The notes under the pieces: model-generated | Seen by the model: only the letters and a program-made list of their open reading frames with translations | What the model was told of the DNA's origin: nothing | Databases searched by the model: none | In this document: positions 9,299 through 17,213 of the stretch, one piece after another | How the letters are laid out: the number at the start of each line of letters is the position of its first letter | Numbering within the stretch: position 1 is the stretch's first letter | DNA from: a virus | Direction: 5' to 3' (one strand) | DNA: 64,000 nucleotides | IMG/VR virus record: IMGVR_UViG_3300036781_000420 | Location: 1-64,000 of that record | Position numbers and translations under genes: made by a program

Positions 9299-10056
9299 TG
9301 CGGACCTTCCTCGGCTTCCTGCTCTGGCTCGCCCTTGCCGCCACGGCTCTGGCCACGCCGCCTTCTGTGGTGCAGACCAGCAATGGCGCTGCCTCGACAT
9401 CCTCGACCGTCAATCAGGTCGTCACGCTGCCCTCGACGGTTAACCCCGGCGACCTGCTGGTTGCCGCGCTTTATTTGTTGGGGGCCCCCAACAACCAGTC
9501 AGGGCCGACCGACTGGCCGGCGGGGTGGACGCTTTCCAACGACACCTTCACGGGGGCAAATGAAATCGCTGTTTATTACCGGATCGCCGATGGCAGTGAG
9601 GATGGCGGTTCGGTTGCGGTGACGGCATCCCAGGGTTCGTTTGGCAATTATATCGTCTATCGGATTACCGGGGCCGATCCGTCGGCGATGCCGACGACCC
9701 CCGCGGCACTACTCAGCGTCGGGTCGTCCAGCACTATCCCGTTCCCGTCCGTAACCCCGGCATGGGCGGCGGCTGATGACCTGTTCATCGCGTTTTTCGG
9801 CAGCTTCGGCGCCTCTCCAACATCGGTAACCTCGTGGCCCACGAACTATACCGATAACCAGATTTTCTATCGCAATAGCGGCAGTAATGCGTACATCACC
9901 GGGGGCGCAACGCGTGGCGCGACGGTTCCAACTGGCACCGAAACGCCGGGGAATCTCACCTTGAACGCCGTCACTACGCTGAGTCGGCTAAGCGTCACCA
10001 TCGCGGTCAAGCCGCAGATCGATTACACCTTCAATCTGCCGATGCTGGGGATGTAG
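9295..10056 (+). CDS. secreted hypothetical beta-rich protein
   Basis: The start is GTGATG-coupled. N-terminus is MMRTFLGFLLWLALAATALA/TPPSV. Confidence 0.6.
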   Translation: MMRTFLGFLLWLALAATALATPPSVVQTSNGAASTSSTVNQVVTLPSTVNPGDLLVAALYLLGAPNNQSGPTDWPAGWTLSNDTFTGANEIAVYYRIADGSEDGGSVAVTASQGSFGNYIVYRITGADPSAMPTTPAALLSVGSSSTIPFPSVTPAWAAADDLFIAFFGSFGASPTSVTSWPTNYTDNQIFYRNSGSNAYITGGATRGATVPTGTETPGNLTLNAVTTLSRLSVTIAVKPQIDYTFNLPMLGM

Positions 10057-10057
10057 G

Positions 10058-10627
10058 ATGCCGGTCACCTCTACGGATATCGTCAACGAGGCAATCCAGC
10101 TCATCGGCGACAATCAGCCGCCGGTGACGGGCACCGCGCCCGATTTCGACACGTCCACGGCCGGCAAGGCAGCGGCGCAGGTCTACCTGCCGACCATCGC
10201 CGCCGTGATGCGGCAGTTCTCGTGGGATTTCTCCCGCAGCACCGCCGCGCTCGTACTTTCCGGCAATACCGCGCCTTATCCGTGGACGCTGGAATATCAA
10301 TATCCGGCCGGCGCCATCGAAGTATGGGAATTGTCGCCCCTTACCGAGGACGACCCCAACGATCCGCTGCCAGTCAATTTCGTTGTCGCCAACGCCATTG
10401 TAAACGGAGTGCAGCAGCGCGTCATCCAAACCAGCCTTGTCGATGCGCAGGCGATATTCGGCAACAACCCGAGCCCCGACACATGGGACGCGCTATTCCA
10501 CCAGGCGGCGGTACGGCTGCTCGCGAGCACGCTGGCCATGGCTATCGGCGGCAAGCCCGACGTTGCCCAAAGCATGCTATCTTCGGGTGCGGCCTTTGAA
10601 GGCTTGGGCGAGACGCGGAGAAACTGA
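10058..10627 (+). CDS. T7 gp11-like tail tubular protein A / adaptor, paralogue 1
   Basis: IVNEAIQLIGDNQPP...MRQFSWDFS parallels T7 gp11 VNDILASIGEPPV...QSRGWTFN. It also has PWTLEYQYP. Confidence 0.6.
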   Translation: MPVTSTDIVNEAIQLIGDNQPPVTGTAPDFDTSTAGKAAAQVYLPTIAAVMRQFSWDFSRSTAALVLSGNTAPYPWTLEYQYPAGAIEVWELSPLTEDDPNDPLPVNFVVANAIVNGVQQRVIQTSLVDAQAIFGNNPSPDTWDALFHQAAVRLLASTLAMAIGGKPDVAQSMLSSGAAFEGLGETRRN

Positions 10628-11253
10628 TGCCGATCACCAGCGTAAAGAATCCGGCCGATGCGGTGAATGTCGCGCTCGTCCGCATCGGCTGGAAGGGTGG
10701 CGAAATCGGCAACCTCTATGATGGCTCGGAAGCCGCCATGGTGGCGCTCAACATCTACGGCCAGACCCGCGATGAGCTGCTGCGCTCGCACGCATGGGAT
10801 TTCGCCCAGCGCACCATCAGCCTGTCGTTGTTGAAAGCGGCGCCGGTCGGCGGCTACGTGCCGGGCTTTACGCCATGGGACCCCACCACCGACCCGCCTA
10901 TCCCGTGGTTGTTCGAATACGCCTATCCGGAAGACTGCATCAAAATCCGCGCGGTCAAGCCGGTGCCGATCTTCCTGCCGAATTTCGACCCGTTGCCCAA
11001 TGTCTTCTCTACCGCCAACGACAACGACTTTACCCCGGCGCGTGAAGTGATCCTCACCAATGTTGAAAATTCGCTGTGCATCTACACCGCCCGGGTGACC
11101 GACCCGACGACATGGACCGCCGATTTCACGAATTCGTTCATCGACGCGCTGGGCGAATCGCTGGCGCCAGCCCTGACCTCGCTCGATGCGGCCAAGCTTG
11201 AGGCGGCAGAGGGCGGCGCCAGCGTGACAATGGCCAAGATGGAGCAGGGTTGA
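10627..11253 (+). CDS. T7 gp11-like tail tubular protein A / adaptor, paralogue 2
   Basis: AVNVALVRIGW...LLRSHAWDFAQRT...PWLFEYAYPEDCIKIR. The start is ATGA-coupled. Confidence 0.6.
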   Translation: MPITSVKNPADAVNVALVRIGWKGGEIGNLYDGSEAAMVALNIYGQTRDELLRSHAWDFAQRTISLSLLKAAPVGGYVPGFTPWDPTTDPPIPWLFEYAYPEDCIKIRAVKPVPIFLPNFDPLPNVFSTANDNDFTPAREVILTNVENSLCIYTARVTDPTTWTADFTNSFIDALGESLAPALTSLDAAKLEAAEGGASVTMAKMEQG

Positions 11254-12146
11254 TGGGCGGCTTTACACCGACCGACGTTGCCAATGAAGCGCTGGATTCC
11301 GTCGGCTGGCCGAACGTGCTCGGCGACATCGAGGATGGGTCGGAACAGGGCGCCATCCTGCTGCGCAAATACCGGCAATGTCTGATGCAATTGCTGCGCT
11401 CCGCAAACTGGGATTTCGCCCGGAAGACCGTGCCGCTGACGCTGCTGGCCGACGCCACCGGCAACACGCCGAATGTCGGCACCGCCGTCCCGATCCCGTG
11501 GATTTACGAATACGCTTACCCGACCGACTGCATGAAGGTGCGGTTCGTGCCGTTCAACTACGCCAACCAGGCCGACATGACGCCGGCCAACAACATCCAG
11601 ATACCGCAAACGCCGCTGCTGACCGGCGTCGGCACGCAAGCGCTGATCGGCACGCGGCTTCGCCCTTCGCGCTTCGTCATCGCCACCGATTTCAATTACC
11701 CGCCGCCGCAGGGCCAGCAGACATGGGACATTCAGGGGATCAGCCCGCAGGGCCGCACCGTGGTGCTCTCCAATGTCCGCATGGCCTCGGTTGTCTATAC
11801 CGCGCTGGTGCTTTACCCGAGCGTATGGGACTCGCTGTTCCGCGCTGCCTTCGTCGCCTATCTGGCCAGCGAAGTCGCCATGCCGCTATGGACAAAAACC
11901 GACCGCAAGTTCGGTTTGCAGATGCGCGGCGAACAGATCAACATCGTGCGCGCCAAGGTTCAGGAAGCCCGGCTCGTCGATGGCAATGAGGGGTTCTACT
12001 CCTCGGATATTCCGGTCGACTGGATGCAGAGCCGGCGCGTCGGCGGCGGCTGGACCGGCCGCAACGGTGGCCTCGGCGGCAATAATGACGGGGTATGGGG
12101 CTACGGTAACGACATGTGTTCGTTTGCCGATGGCACCGCCTACTGA
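11250..12146 (+). CDS. T7 gp11-like tail tubular protein A / adaptor, paralogue 3 (C-terminally extended)
   Basis: VANEALDSVGW...LLRSANWDFARKT...PWIYEYAYPTDCMKVR. It has a ~100-aa extra Gly-rich tail. Confidence 0.6.
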   Translation: MMGGFTPTDVANEALDSVGWPNVLGDIEDGSEQGAILLRKYRQCLMQLLRSANWDFARKTVPLTLLADATGNTPNVGTAVPIPWIYEYAYPTDCMKVRFVPFNYANQADMTPANNIQIPQTPLLTGVGTQALIGTRLRPSRFVIATDFNYPPPQGQQTWDIQGISPQGRTVVLSNVRMASVVYTALVLYPSVWDSLFRAAFVAYLASEVAMPLWTKTDRKFGLQMRGEQINIVRAKVQEARLVDGNEGFYSSDIPVDWMQSRRVGGGWTGRNGGLGGNNDGVWGYGNDMCSFADGTAY

Positions 12147-12158
12147 TCGGGAGAACCC

Positions 12159-15100
12159 ATGGCCGTCCCCTTTATCTCGCCGGCGTTCGTTACCGGCGAA
12201 GTGTCGCCTTCGGTCTTCGGTCGCGTCGATGTCGACCGCGAGCGCGTTGGCGTAACGACGATGCGCAACATGTACGTCAATTATCGCGGCGGCGCGAACA
12301 GCCGGGCCGGCACCGCCTTCGTCGGGTTCTCGAAGCAGACCGGCCGCAATTTCCCGCCGCGCCTGATCCCGTTTCAGTTCTCCATCGATCAGGGATTGGC
12401 GCTGGAATTCGGCCACCACTATATGCGCGTGATCCTCAATGGCGGCTATATCACCGAGCCGCCGGTAGCGATCGGCAATGCCAGCCAAGGCAACCCGGCC
12501 GTGCTCACCTTCGGCGCGCAGGGTGCCGTGACAGCGACGCCGAACAATGCCGGCGTGACGTTCTCCTATGCGCCGGGTGACCTGATCACGGTCGCCGGCG
12601 GTATTGCGCTGGCGCCCGCCGTGCTCGCCGTCACCACCAGCGAACTGGTGTCGATGCTCGCCAACAATCGCGGCTCGGGATACGGCGTCGGCGACACCAT
12701 AACGCTGGGCGGCGGTTCCTTCACCAGCAGCGCCGTCGTCACCATCGCCTCGCTCGCCTCGGTTGCCGCCTCCGGTTCGGTGGCCTTCGTCGGCAACCCG
12801 AGCGATGGCGATACCGTCACGCTCAACAGCGTGGTGTGGACTTTCAAGACGACGCCGACCGCCCCGGCGCAGACGCAAATCCTGACGACGCTCAACGCCA
12901 CGCTGCTGCAACTGGCTTCGGACTTGAATGCCTCGGTCAATGCGCTGCTGACGGTTGCGACCTATGGCGCGACGCCCACCGACCTGACGATTGTCTATGA
13001 CACGGGCGGCACCGCCGGCAACGCCTATACCCTGGCGGCGAGCGTCGGCATTCCATCGAGCGGCACCTTGACCGGCGGCACGGCAACCGGCGTCGGAACG
13101 GTCAACGTCACCACGAAAGGCGTTTTCACGGCGCTGCCGGGCGGCGGCCTGATGACGCAAAGCGCGACCTCCGGGGGCGGCGCCGGAGCGTCTTTCCAGA
13201 CAGCGGTCTTCGGCCCGCATGCCTTGTCGATTTCAAGCCCCGGCGCCTATTCCGTCGTGCCAACCAATCCTGTCATGCAGGCCAGCACCACCGGCATCGG
13301 CGTCGGCGCGACGTTTACCATGACATGGGCGGCGGTACCGGCCTTCGCCAACGGCGACTGGATTTTCATCACCGGCGTGCAGGGCATGACCGAACTGAAC
13401 GGCAATACTTACATCGTGGCCGGTGCGACGCCGACCACCGTCAACCTGCTCGATGTTTATGGCGATACCGTCAATTCCTCGGGGTTCGGCGCCTATACCG
13501 GAGGCGGCACCGCCTCGCGCATTTTTACCGTGGCGACCCCCTATGACGAACAAGACCTCGCCTATCTGAAGTTCACGCAATCGGCCGATGTGATGTCGAT
13601 CTGCTGCGTCAACCAGAAGACGCGCGCCGAATATGCGCCGCAAGACCTGGCTCGGATATCCGATACCGATTGGGTGTTCTCGCCCGCCGTCGCGGTGCCA
13701 TCCGTATCGCCGCCAACCGGGTTGACGGCCTCGATCACGGCCGGCGGCGCCGAGTTTTATCAATACGAAGTCACGGCGGTCTCGCCTGCCGACGGCACGG
13801 AAAGCATCGCCTCAAATGTCGCCAGGGTGCAAGGCGTCCCCATCTTCACGACGCAGGGACAGGTGAACCTCAAATGGAACGCCGTCACCAACGTCAATTC
13901 GTATAACATCTACAAGGCCCAGCCGAGTTTCGGTTCGGATGTCCCGACCGGCTCGCTGTTCGGCTATATCGGCAGTTCATACGGCAACGGCTTTCAGGAC
14001 CCGAACATCCTGCCCGATTTCGCGCAGGTGCCGCCGCGCCACGTCAACCCGTTCGCGCGCGGCCAGATCGCGGCGGTGAACGTCGTCACTGGCGGCAGCG
14101 GCTACAGTTCATCGGCAGCGGCTTCGATTGTCACCTCGACCGGTGCGGGCGCGGTGCTGCAATGCGTCGTGCAGAGCGGCGCCGTCGTGGCGGTAATCGT
14201 TGTCGATGCCGGCCACGATTACGCGGCAACCGATACCGTCGCCATCACCGGCGGCACCGGGGCGACGGCAACGGCGCTGGTCGGGCCGCAAAGCGGTACC
14301 TATCCCTCGGTCGTCTCGTATTTTCAGGAGCGCCGTGGCTACGCCAACACGCTGAACACCACCGACACCTATTTCCTGTCGCAGCCCGGTGCCTTCAAGA
14401 ACTTCGACTCGCGCATCCCGCCCATCGACACCGACGCAATTGTCGGCAGCCCGTGGTCGGTGCAGGTGAACGGCATCCAGTGGATGGTACAGACTTCCGG
14501 CGGGCTGCTGGTGATGACCGGGCTTTCGGCGTGGCTGCTGGTCGGCGCCGGCAGTTTCGCCACCAACGTGCAGGCGATTTCGCCCTCGACGCAGGATGTG
14601 GTGTCGCAATCCTTTACCGGCGTTTCGCCCACCGTGGTGCCGATCAAGATCAACGATGACATCCTCTATGTGAACTCGAAGGGCGCCTATTATTACGCGC
14701 TGCCCTACCAGCTCTATGTGCTGTCCGAACCGGTCGATATCACCGAGGCGTCGACGCATCTGTTCACCAATTTCCAGATATTAGAAAACGCCTGGTGCGA
14801 GCAGCCGAGCAAGGTGTTGTGGGCCGTTCGCGACGATGGCGTGCTGCTCAGCCTGACCTATTACAAGGCGCAGCAGGTGAACGGCTGGGGTCGGCATGAC
14901 ACCAATGGCCAGTTCATCAGCCTTTGTTCGATCACCGAACTGCCGATTGATGCGCTGTACGTCGCCACCAAGCGGTTCATTGGTACGCACACCGCCTATC
15001 TGGTGGAGCGCATGGATGACCGGCTGTGGACGCAGGTAGAGGATTGCTGGTGCGTCGATTGCGGGTTGTCGCTGCCGCAGCCCGAGCCCAACGCCACGCT

Positions 15101-16172
15101 GACCGCCAACCTGCCCTACGGCCTTGGCAGCCTCACCGGCGTAACGGCACTGGTAGGCGGTGCCGGCTATTCCGCAGCGACGACAGCCAGCGTGGTTGAC
15201 GACAATGGCAATGGGCCCGGGACCGGTGCCGTGGCGGCACTGACCATCGTGGCGGGCGCTATCACGGCCATTGCTTTTACCAGCCCCGGCGCCGGCTATG
15301 TGAGCCCAAGGCTGGTAATCACCGATCCGGCCAATACCGGCAGTGGTGCGTCGGCCCGGCCGGTTCTCAATACGGCGGCGACGTTCACGGCTTCGGCTGC
15401 GGTATTTGCCAGCGGCGATGTCGGCAAGGTGATCCGCATGGGTGGCGGCATCGCGACCATCACCGTTTTCAACAGCACCACATCGGTGGTCGCAACGATC
15501 ACGACGCCGATCACCGACCTGTTGCCGAACAGCGCCATCGCACCGAGCATCACCGGCATCGTTCGCCCGCAGGATGCCGGCGAATGGACGATGACACGGC
15601 CGGTGTCGCTGATCTCGGGACTTGATCACCTCATCGGCGCGACGGTGACCGGGCTCGCCGATGGCGAGGTGATCACGCCACGCGTCGTTTCGGCGGCCGG
15701 AACGGTAACGCTCGACACGCCGGCCAGCGCCGTCAATGTCGGCCTTGGCTTTCAGGCGCAATTGCAGGGCGTTTATCTTGAGGCTGGGCCGCCGACCATT
15801 CAGGGTCAGCGCAAGAAGATCGCGGGCGCCAGCGCTCTGATGGAATCCTCGCGCGGCGTCAAGATGGGCGGCTCGCAGCCGGATGGCTCGACGCTGAGCC
15901 CGCCGCAGATCGCCCCGGTATGGTCGGACCTCGACGAAATCCCCGATCAAGGCCAGATCGGCCAGCCGACGAAGCCATATAACAGCGCCGTCGTGCCGCT
16001 CTATACCAGCTATGTGCGCATCCCGGTGGGAGGCGGCTTCACCAAAACCGGACAGGTATCATTGCAGCAGGACAACCCGCTGCCGATGAACATCAATGCC
16101 ATCGTGCCGGAGGCGTGGACCGGCGATAATCCAGAACAGCAAGCCGCACCGCGCCAGCGCGCCGGAGGATAG
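12159..16172 (+). CDS. gp12-like tail tubular protein B / nozzle, enlarged (1337 aa)
   Basis: It directly follows the gp11-like genes. N-terminus FVTGEVSPSVFGRVDVDRERVGVTTMRNMYVNYRGGANSRAG fits the gp12 pattern GG.S..P..R......N....G..R.G. It contains three G(S/A)GY-containing inserted modules. Confidence 0.6.
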   Translation: MAVPFISPAFVTGEVSPSVFGRVDVDRERVGVTTMRNMYVNYRGGANSRAGTAFVGFSKQTGRNFPPRLIPFQFSIDQGLALEFGHHYMRVILNGGYITEPPVAIGNASQGNPAVLTFGAQGAVTATPNNAGVTFSYAPGDLITVAGGIALAPAVLAVTTSELVSMLANNRGSGYGVGDTITLGGGSFTSSAVVTIASLASVAASGSVAFVGNPSDGDTVTLNSVVWTFKTTPTAPAQTQILTTLNATLLQLASDLNASVNALLTVATYGATPTDLTIVYDTGGTAGNAYTLAASVGIPSSGTLTGGTATGVGTVNVTTKGVFTALPGGGLMTQSATSGGGAGASFQTAVFGPHALSISSPGAYSVVPTNPVMQASTTGIGVGATFTMTWAAVPAFANGDWIFITGVQGMTELNGNTYIVAGATPTTVNLLDVYGDTVNSSGFGAYTGGGTASRIFTVATPYDEQDLAYLKFTQSADVMSICCVNQKTRAEYAPQDLARISDTDWVFSPAVAVPSVSPPTGLTASITAGGAEFYQYEVTAVSPADGTESIASNVARVQGVPIFTTQGQVNLKWNAVTNVNSYNIYKAQPSFGSDVPTGSLFGYIGSSYGNGFQDPNILPDFAQVPPRHVNPFARGQIAAVNVVTGGSGYSSSAAASIVTSTGAGAVLQCVVQSGAVVAVIVVDAGHDYAATDTVAITGGTGATATALVGPQSGTYPSVVSYFQERRGYANTLNTTDTYFLSQPGAFKNFDSRIPPIDTDAIVGSPWSVQVNGIQWMVQTSGGLLVMTGLSAWLLVGAGSFATNVQAISPSTQDVVSQSFTGVSPTVVPIKINDDILYVNSKGAYYYALPYQLYVLSEPVDITEASTHLFTNFQILENAWCEQPSKVLWAVRDDGVLLSLTYYKAQQVNGWGRHDTNGQFISLCSITELPIDALYVATKRFIGTHTAYLVERMDDRLWTQVEDCWCVDCGLSLPQPEPNATLTANLPYGLGSLTGVTALVGGAGYSAATTASVVDDNGNGPGTGAVAALTIVAGAITAIAFTSPGAGYVSPRLVITDPANTGSGASARPVLNTAATFTASAAVFASGDVGKVIRMGGGIATITVFNSTTSVVATITTPITDLLPNSAIAPSITGIVRPQDAGEWTMTRPVSLISGLDHLIGATVTGLADGEVITPRVVSAAGTVTLDTPASAVNVGLGFQAQLQGVYLEAGPPTIQGQRKKIAGASALMESSRGVKMGGSQPDGSTLSPPQIAPVWSDLDEIPDQGQIGQPTKPYNSAVVPLYTSYVRIPVGGGFTKTGQVSLQQDNPLPMNINAIVPEAWTGDNPEQQAAPRQRAGG

Positions 16173-16174
16173 CC

Positions 16175-16720
16175 ATGCCGATCTTCGAGCGCGTCGAGGC
16201 CAAACCGCAGCATTGCGGCATGCTGGTGCGGCGCATGCGGTACGAACATCTGCTGGCGCTGCGACGCGTCGGCAAAGACCCGCACCACGAATTGCGGATG
16301 ACGTTCGATGCCTCGACGCACCGGCGCGCGTGGTTGCTCGGCGGCCAGATTGCCGGTCTGGGCGGTGTCATGGCGCCGATTGCCGCAGCGCGCGGCTATG
16401 TCTGGATGGTGATATCGGAACAGGCGGCGCGCCATCCGGTGGCGGTGATCCGCGAAGCGCGCCGACACATCGACGAAATCATGCTAGTGAAACGCGAGCT
16501 GGCCACCACGATCATCGGCGGCGATGAGGGAGCGAAGCGGTTGAGTGTATTCCTCGGGTTCCATGTCGAGCATGACGGCGATGGCTCCCCGGCCATCAGC
16601 CGCGCCGGGCGCCGTACGCTGTCAGAGCATCTGGACGGCACGCCGGAACTGCGCATTCCCATCGGCTCCGGCTACGCCATTGGGCTCGGCTATCACCACG
16701 ATGAAGAACAATTCGCCTGA
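16175..16720 (+). CDS. hypothetical virion-associated protein
   Basis: 181-aa ORF starting 2 nt after the tube-B stop. Family not recognised. Confidence 0.5.
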   Translation: MPIFERVEAKPQHCGMLVRRMRYEHLLALRRVGKDPHHELRMTFDASTHRRAWLLGGQIAGLGGVMAPIAAARGYVWMVISEQAARHPVAVIREARRHIDEIMLVKRELATTIIGGDEGAKRLSVFLGFHVEHDGDGSPAISRAGRRTLSEHLDGTPELRIPIGSGYAIGLGYHHDEEQFA

Positions 16721-17210
16721 GGAGGCCGCCATTTGTGTCGCAACCGCATCCCTGATCCTCGGCATTGCCGGAGCTGGCGCTTCGGCCTTCGGCAGTTATG
16801 AGACCGGCGCCTTCCAAGGTCAGGTCGCCAGAAACAACGCCATCATCGCCCAGCAGAACGCCGACTATGCGCGGCAGGCCGGTTCCGAACAGGCATCCAT
16901 CGCCAGTCGCAAGGGCGCGGCCGAGGGTGGCAAGATAAAGGCGGCACAGGCCGCAAACGGGCTCGACGTGAACAGTGGCTCGGCGCTCGATGTGCAGGCC
17001 GGCGAGCGCGAGACGAACCGCCTCGACGCCGAAACCGTGCTCAACAATGCCGAACTGACCGCCTATGGCTACACCACGCAGTCAAACAATTTCAAGGCGC
17101 AGGCGCAGCAGGACGAGACGGCCGGCGATATCGGCGCGGTAAGCTCGCTGCTAGACAAAGCGTCGAGCCTGGGGCCAAAATGGTCGCAGTCCGACACTTT
17201 CGGAGGATAA
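16701..17210 (+). CDS. internal virion protein with N-terminal transmembrane segment
   Basis: ATG 16701 lies in listed ORF 16545..17210. It has the hydrophobic segment AAICVATASLILGIAGAGASAF followed by an A/Q-rich helical part. The start is uncertain: GAGGAGG at 16719 precedes an in-frame ATT. Confidence 0.5.
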   Translation: MKNNSPEEAAICVATASLILGIAGAGASAFGSYETGAFQGQVARNNAIIAQQNADYARQAGSEQASIASRKGAAEGGKIKAAQAANGLDVNSGSALDVQAGERETNRLDAETVLNNAELTAYGYTTQSNNFKAQAQQDETAGDIGAVSSLLDKASSLGPKWSQSDTFGG

Positions 17211-17213
17211 GCC

